The translations under genes were made by a program, and so were the position numbers. The notes beneath the pieces were generated by a model. It made no database searches and was not told the origin of the DNA. It saw only the letters and a list, made by a program, of their open reading frames with translations. DNA of 64,000 nt from Leucoraja ocellata (lineage: Eukaryota), in assembly GCA_036785375.1 (NCBI GenBank), contig JAWMAR010000061.1, positions 8,866,001 through 8,930,000 on the forward strand, read 5' to 3'. Below, one piece after another: positions 39,601-54,600 of the stretch (its first letter is position 1; the number at the start of each line of letters is the position of its first letter).

Positions 39601-42600
39601 GGTAGCACCAATGCAGTTGTCCATGTAGCGGAGGTAGAGTTCGGGGATAGGGCCACGGTACGTTTATGTATAAAATGTTTATGTGTATTAATTTAGAAAA
39701 GAATTTTCAATAGTCTGAACAATCTGTTGGTCTGGCAGCACTTAAATCCCAAATGTATCAGATTATTGGAATTTTACTGTAAGACAATAGACTTTAGGTC
39801 ACATTTCTTAAGACATTGACTCCTCATGACTATTTCTTTATCAACTGTTTCTTTATCCTTTATTTATTTCATTTATCCCATTGCCTAAATTATATTTGGA
39901 AACCCTGGTTCACCAGGTGGTGGATAATCTTGTAAAACTTCAACACAGGACAATTTGTAAGCAACATGTGTGTTCCCAAAGCATAAAGCAGGATGTCTGG
40001 AAATATGCTCTCTGTTTTAGCTCTAGTTCAATATTAAATATAAATAATTACTAATGTGGTTAAACAGTTTATTCCATATATGGTAACTGTGGTTTATGTT
40101 TCCCAGCCTAGGTACCAAAGCAGGGTTTGACTGTCTGCTGCAGACATTGCTTGCAGAAGAAGTCCCAAGTTTCCATTCATATCCTCTCTAATACCCAACA
40201 TATCTGACCCAGTAAAGATGGTTTAGAGTAGAAAAAAAAGATCTTTCCAGAGTTAACCTTTGAAAGATGAAATTGGTGATCGTAACCCCGGAAATACTTC
40301 CCACATTCGAATAATCGCTGCCCATTAGTGATTTGGGCTGGACTCACTGTAGTACATGTCCATTGTGTTCTTTAAAAAAAAAATTGAGGTATCTGATCAA
40401 GGACCCAGACTCTGTACCCGAACGTCACAGCTGTGATGTACAGGAAATCCCTTCCTATTTTCACAGTCGATAGCTTAAATGGGACTTATTTTAAGCAGTT
40501 GCAGTGTTTATTTGAAGATATTTCAATGTTTCTTTGTCCATGACTGGTTTACTTGTTAATTTGATCATCTTGCTTGGTTGCTTTGCAAGATTTCCACATA
40601 CCTTTTCATGGCTACACCACAGTGTGGCCCTTGGCACTTTGTGGAGCTAGAATTTCATGAAAGCTACGTATCTTTTACCAGTTGTCAGAATTGGAAACTT
40701 TGTCCCTGGGTACACAGGGCTTGACACATGCTGGTCATTTGTTTAACTCTGCTGTCCACTTTTCATGATACTGAGTCAGCTCCTTCACTGTAGGCATGTG
40801 CACTGCAAACACAGTCTTCAATACAGACAAGACCATTGATCAATGTGTGATCCATGCGACTGACAAAAACAACACAGGGATACTGTATTTAGTCTAGGTT
40901 GGGTGTTGACTTCATATAAACCTAAAACATGGCTCTGTTCATATAAATATCGGCTTGGTACATGTCTGATGTAATGTTTGCTTCTTGCTAACTTGACGTG
41001 TGTAAACACCGTATGGGACATAAGGCAAAAGACATCTAATTAAGAGGATGGACTAAGGAACATAAATATTCAGAGAGGGGAGAGTCTTGAATGTTTCTTA
41101 ACATTTTTGTGGTCTGGGAAAATCTTTTTTGAGAGACTAACTTGCTTTGGAAAGGATCCATAATAGATCAAGTTATATAAATATCCTAAGGTACAAACAC
41201 ATTTAATATACTAAATGATATTTCCTGTTTAATGATTCCTTATATTATGTAGACAATCCACATCTGGAATTCCCTTGGACATCCTACTTTGCCATTACAA
41301 ACTCAATTATGCTTATAGGTGAGGATGTTGAGATGAGCGAGCGGGAGGAACCCTGAGCAAATCCAATATTTTTATTGATTTGTTTACAGAATATTGGTAT
41401 CACTAGCAAGGCTGACATTTATAGCGCACCCCTACTTGCCCACGTGAAAGTGGTCGTGAGCCATTTGTTTAACTGCTCTGATCCTTTTGTTGAAGATGCC
41501 ATTTGGTATGGAATTCTAGGATAGATCCAATGATGATGAATGAGGTGATATATTTCCTTTATGATGGAGGGGAACCTGCAAATAATGGTATGATGCTATG
41601 CACATATGCCGCCTGGCCCTATCCGTCTTGCTAATGATGATCATGTGTTTAGGAGGTGCTGTCAAAGTGGCTTGAGTGAATGAGTGTAATGTTGGAGGTG
41701 GCACACACTGCAGATACTATGTGCTGGTGGTGGAGAGAATGAAGATGTAGTGCCAAAGTGTCCTGCTTTGTCCTAAATTGTAGTGTGTTTTTCAATGGAG
41801 TTGTGAATGCTGCAAACAAAAAATGTGCCATATTAGTGGAGGATCCAGGATTACATGTAAAGGACAGAAAAACAAAATGTGTTTGTGTATGGGGATGACT
41901 CAAGGTGCTCACTTCTCCATTGATTCTACAAAGTCAATTATCCTGTGGCATTAAACAATGGAGGAACTCGGTGGATCAGGCAAAAGGGGTTTGGATCAGG
42001 ACTGAGAGTGTGGAGAGAAGTGGGCCAATATAAAGAGGTGAGAGGTAGGGGTGAAATGTGCTAGTAAGTAGGGGATAAGGGACAGGCAGATGGAGTCAGG
42101 TTATAGGAATGAGATAAGAAGAGTAAGCCAAGAGAGGAGAAATCCAGATGGATCGGTATGGGTGCTGAGCAGATGGAACCAGTTGGGGAGGGCAATGAAC
42201 ATGGGTAATGGGGATGGGGGTGCATGAATGGAAAAGTTGAACAAATGGAGAGAGATTTGAGGTGAACTAGTCAGCCTGAGAAAGTGACACAGGGGATGTG
42301 GATTACCTGAAATTGAAAACTTCAATGCTCATTTCATTGGCTATGGAAAATCCAGGTGGAATATAATGCTTATTCTGCAGAATGTTTCTCAACGTGTGAC
42401 AAACTATTGCCAGAAAGGACCTGATCTAAAAGACCAGGATTGTATTTTACACCTGTTAACCACATTGGATACCCAGTGTAATACCCTACCTGTATTTCTC
42501 CAGCATGTAATTCCATGAGCAGGTAATCACTGTGGCCTGCAGCCAAGAAGAGAATCCCGCTGTGTTTACTAGTCAGGAACTTCATGGAGAGCCTACTGAA

Positions 42601-45600
42601 AGTAGTTGACTCAAGCTCTCTCACTTCCACATAGCCATCTCCAAAGAAAGACACTGCAACACATAGTAAAATATATCAGTCAATGTGAGGACAGATAGAG
42701 CAGTATTAAATAGACAGGCATAGCATGTACAATGATTCAAGAGCAATGTTCTTCTTGCTAAGTTTCTCCCAGCTTGCTAAGATCTTAATTCTTTATTTGT
42801 GTTGTCTTGAAAATACGAATTGTTTTTGCTCAAAATGGTATTATTCTCAGTGCGTTTTTTTTACAATAATTCAACCACTGGATTTATCATTTTGACGTGT
42901 TTTGTTTTCCAATTTACCCGCCTTCTGCCAAAGGACGTTGATTAGGAATATACCTATTCCCTCTACTTCATTCAATGATGCTCAGATTAGTTCCAACGCT
43001 GTGTCCATATGGCCACCTTGATCAGGGAACTTTGTAAAGGTTAAGGAACATATTTGGGAATTTCAAGTTCTGCTTGATTTCAGCTCCCACGTGTGAACCT
43101 GCTGAGTGTGAGTAGCTCTTTCCAGCAGTATTTAAACGGCACAGCTCTTCAACCATCTCAACGATGACTACACTCCAAATGTGCTTCTTCGGATGGAGGC
43201 TGCATGGAAATTCTGAGGTTATGGAGGATGCTATTGAAATTCTCTCCGTAAATGCACAGGAGAAAGTGAGCAATAACATTTGAGCTGGAAAAGAAACACA
43301 CCCTGACATTGCAAGGAAAGAGAGAGAGCTTGGAAAAAAATGTACGTGAGGGAATGTCAATGAAAAATAGGCGACTGGTGGGTGAGGTGCATGTTTATAG
43401 TCTACAGTAAGTTTGGCAGGTCAAAGACGGAGATGAGAGTATATTTTCTATCCATACTATCTATAATCTATAACCCAAATTGCTAAAAATAGGCCCCATT
43501 CCTTTACACGGAAAATATCTTAGTGACTTGGCTCCAGTCTGGTTTAGTCAGTTTGTATAGAGCAGGAGCACTGAATGAGTACAGTGCTGTTTTATGATGT
43601 ATCCAACAGAATGACTCACTCTTTCCTGAGTAATTCTAGCAACCCTCAGATTATTTTCTTCTCTGACAGAATGTCTAAAATCCAAATTTAGTTGTTGGGC
43701 AGCAGTTCCCTTAGAGTACGATCCAAGCCCATCACAAAGCCCTTCTTGAGAATAGCAGGCACACTGCCCGTGACTGGCCTTTAGTTCTGTGTTTTATAGC
43801 AAGTGATTTTCAGTTACTCAAAGAAGCCCTGCTTACAGCTGCAGCAACAAGCTACAACACAAACCATGTTACTTTCTAAAGCAAATGTGCATCAAAGAAT
43901 ATCCACCAACACTGCCCTTTTGAAATACAAGGGCATCCTTTACAGAAGTAAAGTTAGTTCCGGGAAGAGCATTTGACATTTCAACTGCATAAAATTTAAA
44001 ATGCAGTTTTCAATGTAGTTTAGCCTTCCGCTGTACTTAACATTTATGGGGAAATCCTGCTATTTTTAGGATTGGCTTTCGAAGTAGAATGATAGTAAGC
44101 CAGCATTTGGTGCCCCTAATTTTCTCCCCCTTCCTCCAGAAGATGCTGACAATCCATCTCTTGTTAGTTTGCGCACCTTTTAATATGATCACTCTTCACA
44201 TTACCAACCCAGATAATTAATTTTAGCTAGTTATTTGACCATGAAAGGCCCTGAAAATGGTGTTCTAGATGGACAGTGGTGAAGAAGGCTTTGCTATGCC
44301 GTCCTTCATCAGTAAAAGCATTGAGTACAAAATTCGGGTTGCTATGTTGCAGTTGTACAAGATATTGATGAGGCCATATGTAGCATATTTTGTTGAGTTT
44401 TGGTCACTCTGTTATAGGAAAGATGCCAGTAACCTGAAAGAGTTTAGAGAAGATTGATGAGGATGTTGCCAGGATTCAAAGAGCTGAGTTATCGGGAGAG
44501 GTTGAGCGGGCTGGGACTTACTTCCTTGGAATTTAGGATACTGAGGAGTCATGAAGGGAATAAATAGAGTGAATGCTCAAAGTCTTTTTCCCAGAATTGG
44601 GGAATCAAGAAATAGGGTTAGGGTGAGAGGGGAAAAAAATAGGAGTTAAGGTGAGAGGGGAAAAAATGAACAGAAACCCGACAGAACTTGAGAAGCATAG
44701 ATTGGACATTTAGTCAGAATCTTTTTACAAGGTGGAAATATCATATACTAGAGGGCATAGTTTTAAGGTGTGACGGGCAAAGTTTAAAGGAGATGTACAA
44801 GGTGTGTTTTTTACAGAGTGGCGAGTGCTGGAACTTGCTGCCGAGGGAGGTGGTAGAGGTAGCTATGGCAGACACGGTTCTGAGGCATTTAGCAGGCACA
44901 AGAACAGAGAGGACATAGATGATATGCACCATGTGCAGGCAGATAGGATTAGATTGGCATCATGGTCAGCACAGAGATGGTGGGCTGAAGGGTCTGTTCC
45001 TGCAGTGTGTTGTTCTATATCCTACATAAGATGGTCCTCCCTTCCTGCTCGTAATAATTATCCAAAATGTTTAATATAGGGATGAACATTGGGTGAGAAC
45101 TAGTCTGGCTGAATAGTGCCTTAAGACAACGAGTCGCCTGAAGAAATCACCACCCAGGCTCATGTAGACATAAGGAATGGACACTTGGACCAGGTACAGA
45201 AGGGCTGAAAGACTACACAAAAATATTCCCCAGCATGTCAACATCTGCTAGAAAGAGAAAGTTAACCAGGTGAACATGAAGACAGCCAAATCTGCTAAAA
45301 TACAAAGCCTTGGAAAGCTCTTGTAAAATAGTTTGGAGTCCTTAAGGATTATAATTTTGAGCATTATGGCAAGACATACATATCGGTCCTGGAAGAGATT
45401 ATGCTTCTAGTTCACTCATGGTGACCTGCCTGCCTTTGTTACAGTTGTGCAATAGAACCAATGCTTATCTGAACAAGGCGCAGTAAAAGTTAACTTTGTC
45501 CTTTTGATCCTTGCCTAGCAGGAATGAATTGAGACTCGAAAACCCAATTCACAAGGCATCCTTAAGAATTTCAATGTGAACCAGATTTGAGCGCAAAACT

Positions 45601-48600
45601 CCAAGGTTTCTGTTCAATATATTATGCTAATCATTCTCCCCATCCACCCACAAGCTTTCTTAAATTAAGGCGCCACACAAAATGTAATTCCTGTTTCCCA
45701 CAGTGGAATAGAAATCCATCTGTCCCCATAAACATGCTGTGAACACGGGCTGTTTATTGTATCCAATGTATATTTTTAAACAGAAACTTAAAAGTACTGT
45801 ACAGCTGTTTAATTAATTATTCCAAACTTTGTCCATGATATTCTTATGGGAACTTCTTATTTTACAATTAACTTCCTTGTGGGACACATTTGTGGTTAGA
45901 TCTGAATGTCATAAAGTTCTGATAATTAATAGTTTCCATTATAAATAGCATTGTTTTTACAACAGCCTGAATTGCCTGTTAAGAATAACAGGTAGATCCA
46001 AGCCAGAACAAAAAATGTAGAGGTAATTGGGTTTATGTTCAGAGGGGAGAACTGCATTCTCATTCACGTTCTCATTCAGAAATGGACACTTTAACAGAGA
46101 TTTGGGTTAATATACAAAAACAAATTTCTAGGCATGGCTGAGTGTCGTGCTGCACACAGTAGGTTTTAATCCATAACAATCAGTATCAGAATAGATGGTG
46201 GATTATTATCTGTTGGATTGTTAGAATTTGCTCTTGAAAATGAAATATGAGGCAAATCAATCCTGAGTGGAGAATTCAGGAATGGATTAAAACAAAGTGT
46301 TGCTTTTATACAAACGGGAGGGGTGCTGACATCAGGTGTTTCCAGCACTTGCTCACACGCCGAGTTAAGTTTTCAGCATCAACCAGAAACAGCTGAAATC
46401 TCACAACCCTTTCATTAAAGCTTTTCAAAGCAACTATGTAAAAATGTCAATAAATATTCACATGTATAATTGGTTAACAATTTCAGCAGAGGAGAGATAG
46501 TATAGGAAAGGATGTTTTTGATATATTATCAGTTTGGTGCTGCGGGAGCTTTGCTCATGACAGATAACTCAACTCAAGTCGGTACACAAACGAGGGTTGA
46601 GGTGGGCTCAGGAAATGTGGCAATGAGATGCTGGTGATAAATCAATGACTATTCGACCTGCTGGAAAAATGCAGCTGGAGCAGGAATTGAACAAAATGTG
46701 CTGGAGAATGTCGGCCAACTTCAACTCTGAAACAAGACAACTCTGACTGTGCACACATTCAGCCAGAAGAGTCATCGTAATTGTATGTGAAACTGAAAGC
46801 TGAATGTGTGCTCAGTTCAGGATTTTATTTTAAACACATCAAACACCATCCACCAAGGTAGATTACTAAGTTAACACAACCCTCATTGTGACACCGAAGT
46901 ATTACTGTACATTGAATGGTTTCCACCACCTATAAAATTATGAGCGATTGGTGAAGGAGCCAGATCAACTGACTCAGGCAAAGGACCCTCAGCAAAGGGA
47001 GCATCAGCCCTGGACTAGTGGTCAAAGGATTATTAGTATAGGACATTGGCAAAGTGACATCAGTCAACGGTGACAATGAAGCTTCTGAATTGTCAAGGAA
47101 TCCCACCTGGTTCACTATTATCCACCATCGTGAGCAAGGGCAATCTGCCATCCTTACCCCAATCTGTGCTAACTGTGGCAGACAATGCCCTCTAAAATAT
47201 TTTATTAAACCTTCAGTTCTGGGGCAATAAATCTAGGTCTGGCTTCTCACCCATATTCTACAAACAAAACCTAAATTCCCGCCCCCAATTACTGCACCTC
47301 ATGGAAAATGCTCATATTGTGAAATTGGCAGATACGGTAACTGATGTAAGTCTGTTCTTGATTTTAATCTCATGCAGTGAAGTACTTAGCAAAAGGTAAT
47401 ATTCAATAGAATTAAAATAGCATTTCAGCAAATAGATTCTAAACATTTTTTTTGCATAAAATTAGACATAGTACAGTAAAAATGCCTTTTTACTAATGGA
47501 ACTTTTGTTAACAAATGTTTTGTTTTAAGTTACCCTAACGTTCACTTTAAATGCTTTCAAACTGGTTTGCTTCCAGAGTTCTGACAGAACAGGTTGCTAA
47601 GTTTGCTGGATGCAACAGAGTCATTTCTATCTTTCCCTTCATGGTTGGCAGGATAATTCAGAATGTGGGACTGTGGTTTATATGTTGCTCCACTCTGTAC
47701 TGACTTCAATATTTTGGAATAAACAAGTTAATCCTCCCTCTCCTGTTCCTGGTCTGATATAATTTATCTTTAAATTCATCGTACTGGAGAGAGTCTCTGA
47801 TCAAAATATAATTTACAAGACATAAGAAAAACTAAAAGGACATTTGTTTTAAAATCCTGTTTGTAACTGAAACTTGCTGTAAGACAAACAATAAAGAACC
47901 TACTTTTACATGTACAATGTTCAAAACCATGCTTTCTGCTTTCTTACAGTAAATATTAATTTTGGAGTGCTATCTTTCACGAACAATAAGTGGTATCTGA
48001 CCAAGTCCACTGAAGGAATTAAAAATCATGGTTACATAGAAACATAGAAAATAGGTGCAGGAGGAGGCCATTCGACCCTTCAAGCCAGCACCGCCATTCA
48101 TTGCGATCATGGCTGGTCGTCCCCAATCAATAACCCGTGCCTGCCTTCTCCCTATATCCCTTGATTCTACTAGCCCCTAGAGCTCTATATAACCATGTAA
48201 CAAAATAGTCATCATTTGGGGGAGGTATTGACTTTGGAAGAATGTTAGAATGATCCTCCTGAAAAGAACCAATAATTAAATTGTTTTACTGACCAAATTG
48301 TTACTTCTATATATGGTTCAATGTGTTTTCTTCCACTTTTATGAAGGTACCATTTCTATGCATAAGCTGAAAGTGGATTATCTTTTTCCCCTACTCTTAA
48401 AGGTACTTTGAAAATAAGCAAAAAACATGATGTTAAACGATACATTTGTTAAGTATATGTGCAATTGAGCCCTGGAGGAGCCTTTTTTTTAATTGGAGCT
48501 TCTAACCAAATGAGTTGTTTTATTTAAACTAAATTATATATCAGTTCTTTTTAACTGATTTCCAACTTATCAGCTGCAGCACACAAGGAACTCTTTCCTA

Positions 48601-51600
48601 CTGTTAGTCTCAACTGGAAGCCAGACTAATTAGTAACAGATCTAAGGAAAGTATGCATCATGCCACCCTCATGCTCATTCTGCAGTTACTCAAGAGAAAT
48701 GGTCCTCCCAACATACGGTTACAATAAAGGGAAGCAAAACGTTGTGAGGAATGTACTGTCATTCCGCAAGAGTGGAAACACTTTAAGCTCCTCAACCACT
48801 GACTGAGCTCAAGTGGCCCAACATCCCTGTTCCCCTCCCATGTATGATGAACAGTGAAGGCAAACTAAACCAAATTTATCTGAAAGAAATAGCAAACACC
48901 TACTTTCGTTCACTGTAATTTCTCATTGCAGGACATTATTAAATGTTCAGATAATAATTTGCACAGAGATCTTTTGTTAAAGCATATACAATGCACCATA
49001 TAGTACTGGTTTTCATTGCAAAAAGAGGATATTCAGTCAGTGGAGAAGGTGCAAAAGCTATTTGCAAGGATGACCCCTGGACTGAGAGTTTATCACAATC
49101 ATTACAAACTCACCAGACTGTGGCTCTTTTCTCATTAAATAAAATATAAGCTAAAGGGTGACTGTCAGAATACCTTATTTAGAGGTTTAAAAGATAGATA
49201 CTGAGGCATTTCAACTTGTGGAAATGTCTGGAACGATGGTTAGTAAATGTTAAATAATCATGAATGACTAATAGAAAATTCTGCTGAAAGATTTTTAACC
49301 AAGGAACATGTTGATTGTACATGGAGCTATTGAGGCAACAGCAGGAATACACTGAAATGGAAGCCAGGTAAGAATATCAGGGAGAAAGGAAGGAAAGATA
49401 TATTAACATAGTGAAATGTCTAGCTGGTTCATCCAAATTGCCTTTTCTGGTGTAAATTCTAAGCACCTGAATATCAAAAACATTATTTTATTCGTGCTAT
49501 GGCATTGGATAATTTCACCCTGGTAGACTTCACATACTCATCCTACACAATCTTCTGTTTTGTTAAAATCTCCTCATTCCACAAAACTCAGTTCCCTCCT
49601 TCACACTTGCATCAGTTTTCTCACTTTACATATTATCAAGCCACTAAAACTCATCTACATCTGAGGGATTTGTCCTGTCTTTGTGAAGAATGATAACCCT
49701 GTTAAGGCTGTAGATTCAAATGGAATGTGGAGCACTTCTACAGAGCTACCAAGCAGAATTAAGTTAATTAATTTAGATTATCAGATGTGATTGTGTCCTT
49801 ATCATCGAAATTGACCCTTTAACTAAAACATAATCATACAACAATATTGAAGAAGGGTCTTGACCCGAAACGTCAACCATTCGTTCTCTCTTGAGATGCT
49901 GTCTGTCCCGCTGAGGTACTCCAGCATTTTGTATCTATTTGCAATACAGCTTCTGGATTGCACGAGGAAAAAGGTGCAATTATAATTCAAAATCGGGCTT
50001 CAATGAAGATCAATAAAAGAGGACTCCAATGTTGATCACAAGAAGAGAACCAATAGCAGGAGTAGCTATTTAGCCTCCCAAGCCTAATTCACTTTTATTG
50101 AGATTGTGGCTAATCCAAAATTGTTGCTACCAACATGTTCCCTCCATATTCCTTAACTCTCAGCCTTAAATATATTCAATGGTGCTATTTTGACTACTCG
50201 CTGGGTTGATGGAGAATTCCCAAAACATTATCATGCTCTCGAAAGAAGTTTCTCCTCATTTCCATCTTAAAAGCCAATGGCTGCCTCGCCAACAGTCTGT
50301 CTGTCCTTTCTTTCTTTGTGTTTTAATAGTATGTGCTAAATGTATGTTTTAGTGTTCTTTGGCTTGTTTTATGTGTGTGTGTGGGGGGGGGGGGGGGGGG
50401 GGGTGGTGGGGGGTTTGGGGAAACTTTTTTCTAATCTGGAGGAGTCAAGCACAAACCAGAAGACTGCATTTCCCATGGGTCTTTATAATCACAACATGCA
50501 TCTTATGTTCTATGATGGGAAAAGGTCATTTGAGTCATTGTTGACATTTCCATTAAGAAAACTTGGGAACATTTTTTAAATTTAGTTCTTGTGCTATATT
50601 GATATTATAATTCTACTGAGGAATGAGAGTGGAATACAGTAGGTGGCTGATGCTATGGTGAACATTAAACATCAATGACCAAAGCCAAATCTCTACCCTG
50701 GGAATTTATACTCACCATCTGTTTCACTAGATTCTTCCAGAGGTTGACAACTGTCCAAGAACCAATGTTTATCAGCATTTAACCTAATCTTTTTCCTTCC
50801 AAATGTTCATGGATACAGTTTCAATTAAATTATCTGATTGAATTTCATCTGTCCCAATGATCTGGATTATATGCCTGTTATGTCCCTTTCATACTTCGAG
50901 ATCCCCACAATCCTTGCTGCGTGAGCCAGTTAGCTTTATTTTTACTTGGGATAGGAGGGGCAATGGGTGAGAAAGGATTTTTTGATGGAAACCCCAAGTT
51001 TGTATCCACCTGCTGCCTCTGGTGCGGCAAAGTAGCTGGGATAGATAATCAATAAACTGTAGGGAAGTGGGACATTACAGAGACCTGGACTGAATTAGAT
51101 ATCATCGAGAATGCGTTAATTATCAGAGGTTGTGGGTTGGTAATCACAGGGTTCCAGTCGTACTCTGATAAGCTTATTGGGTCTGATTCTCCTAGTCGAC
51201 GCACATGAAGCAATACCTCTTAAGCTTAACCTATGTTGGAAGGGCTGGATCTATAAGAGGCTTTCTCCATGTCGGATAAGATGGTGAAATCCATCTTCTT
51301 AAAGAGCTTGGTTGCCTGCTCCTCATCCTTCCAATTAAAGCAATGTTGCAATGTGGTTGGGTAGAGCTTGTGAAGTTAAAATGGTCCCCCCTCACCCATC
51401 ACAACCCATCCATTTTGGAGGTATATTTCCCTACTGATGCATACAGTTTTATAATCACTCATAACTATCTACAGACTGTCACAATTATTAGGGTGTGGAA
51501 TTCTTGGTTATATTCAGTCTGAAGTAGGCATGAACTAATGAATTCACTATGGTGAACACCGCCCAAACCATCATGGATACTAACCTCCTCACCATCGAAG

Positions 51601-54600
51601 GGATCTACAAGAGTCGCTGCTTCAAAAAGGCAGCCAACATCATCAGAGACCCACACAACTCTGGCCACGCTCTCCTTTCACTCCTGCCATCGGAAAGAAG
51701 GTACAGGAGCCTGAAAACTGAAAGGTTCAGGAGCAGCTTCTTCCCTACAACCATCAGGCTGTTCCGTTTCAGGATATATGGCAATAAAACAAACTTAACT
51801 CCTGGCATGTGTAAGAGTTCTGCTCACTCAGTCTGACAACGCCCTCAGATTCATCGACGGATTTATTTTTAATAATAGTCAAAGTCAGGCACAAAGATGT
51901 CCATTGAAACTCAGTTGTTAGTTACATTTATGTTTTGTTTCCATTTATTTAATGTAACCACAGTGAGGAATCCCTGTGTTTTTCATTGAATCACAAAATT
52001 AGACAATTGGGATATATCTGTTCAATTACTCATGCGGACTATTCCAGTGCATTTAATGTAAAATGAGCTTCCAACATTTGTATTTGTGGAAACATTTTTT
52101 TCTTGTATTTTTAGCTGTGGATGGGAGTGAGGGATATACTGACTGGGTCACTGTGAAACGGTATGAAACAAGTTTAGCCTTTCATTGAAACTTGGAAAGG
52201 ATGACTAACAAATACGTTAGTTTCCATGTGTTTCGTCAAACAGGATTTGATTTAAAAATAAATGACTAAAATATAATTATTTTTTAAGCTATGCTGAAAG
52301 AAAAGCCTGAGAACTGGGTTTGATCATAGGTTCATAAAGGTCAGGGTATAAGAGCATAAGAATGTAAGAATTAGATTCAGAAGCAGGCCATGTTGCTTCC
52401 TGTGTGTGCAGAGTTAAAGGTGCAAATTTTCAGTTGAGGCATTAAACTGACTGTGCTGGTACTTCAGGTAGTCATTAAAAAACCCATCATGCTATAATTG
52501 ACGAAAGAGTAGAAAGTATTCCACGTCAACATTCCTCCCTCAACTCTTGCTAACAAATATTGGGTAACTTGATGTTGATGGATCTACTGTCATGCCTCAC
52601 CTCCATCAGCCACTTCAAAATTGATCAATTGATTGTGAAGAACCTTGAAGTTTTGCACAGACATGAAAAGACAATACTTACTTTTATTTCTACCATAAAC
52701 CTTCCTAAAGGGCATAAATAAACAAGGGATTGAGATTTCACCTGAGAGTGTAGCTTGATTTATTTATCAACAAGATGTACTTTTGACTGGCAGGAAATCA
52801 TATGATGCATATATTTCTTTAAGACATGCAGTCTCAATATTGATTATCATTTCTACCTTTTTGTTGGCGGAAGGATTCCCAAATCAAATTGCTTACCTTG
52901 CACATGTTTTAGTTTAGCAGAAGTGATAAACTATGCAGGTTTCATTTCATCTGATGGTCTATGTAATTCTCTTGGAAAATTTATGTTTGTGAAAATTGTA
53001 TATTGCCAGCACTCGTGATCATGGCTGCATCTGTACTAGTAATTTAACTTTAGCCAGACGGATAATCGGTAGAGTATACCATGCTTATGAATTTATAAAT
53101 ATATGAACACGAAAATAAATTCATATTTTATTTTTTATATCAATAAAAAAAATCTCAGGAAATAAATGGATATGATCTATAATTAATGGTATATAAATAA
53201 TTTAAAGGATAATTATAACGTTGCCATTCTTTTGCAAAAGACATGCTGCGTTATCTGAAGCCATCCCACAGATAGGCTTGAATAATACATTTATTTTGTC
53301 AGAGACCACAAAATCTCAAAGAAGTGTAAGTATTGACTGTGATTGGTAATCATATCACAATAAACCAATTGAAGTATTGAAGTCAATAAAAATAAAAATG
53401 GACAAAGATGTAAAATGGGCTGTCACCCCATCACCATCTGTTCTACATTACTGCACTAATTCAGGATCAACCCCATGCAGGATTACTGAGGCAAGAGCTC
53501 AGTGCTCAACTGTAAACTGCACAATGCTCCAGAAGCAATACTGACCCATCCTATTTTATTTCATTCACTTTCACCAACACAATAAAAGTTCTATATTTTA
53601 GTCGCTTCCAGGACATCAGGTACTTCTTGAAACTCTGCCAGTTCCCTGCAGAAGAATGCCCACAATATAATTAACATTATTTATGTTAATTATAACAGTG
53701 TTAATTACATCTCCAGCTTTTCTTCATTACAGACCTCTTTCATCATTGACAAACCTCAATTGTGCACGCTTCAGCATCCATGTACCACAAACTTTCACAT
53801 CGTTTGCCCTCCAATATCGGACTACTTTGTGAATTGATCAGTTCCTTCACAATTGCTGTCCATCCTTACATTACTGGTTAAAGATTAGGAATAGTGATGC
53901 CTTAGTCCTTTCTGTCTTCTCTGTGCATCCCGCTACAACTGGACCCTTGAATCCTTATCAACAGATCATAATCTGTAAGAATTGCCAGCAACACTTCCTC
54001 CTCGATAACCTTCAGCATGGGGGCACCTCAAGGCTATTTGCTCAGCACCCTGCTTTACTCAATTTATACTCATGGCTGTGTAACCGGACACTGTTCGAAC
54101 TCCATCTTCAGGTTCGCCGACAACACTACTGTTTTTGGACAAATTATAGGTGACAATAAATCGGAGAGGGGGAAATCGATTGACTGACCAAATGGTGCCA
54201 GAACAACAACCTTGCTGTCAATGTCAGTAAGATCATGGAATTGATTATGGACTTTGGAAGAGGAAGGATGAGCGACCTGGTTCAGCAGCTCAATCGCTGG
54301 AGAAGGAAGAAGATTGCCAAAAGTGGTGAATGCTGCCCATTCATATATTATTGGTCCATTTGGGTCAGAAGTAAATAAAACATACTTGACGCTTGACCAA
54401 TTTCCACCCTTTCACTGGCCATTACCTTTGGCTGACTCAGACAATTAACAACCTATGCCTACAATTGGACACTAAGCTAAACTTTGATTTTGTACCTTTG
54501 ATCATCTGTCTCCAACTACTTCAAACTTCTGCTGCTGAAAGCATGACTGTCACATCTAGATGAGTATCCTGATGTGCTCTGATCTGCCCTCCATCTTGCA

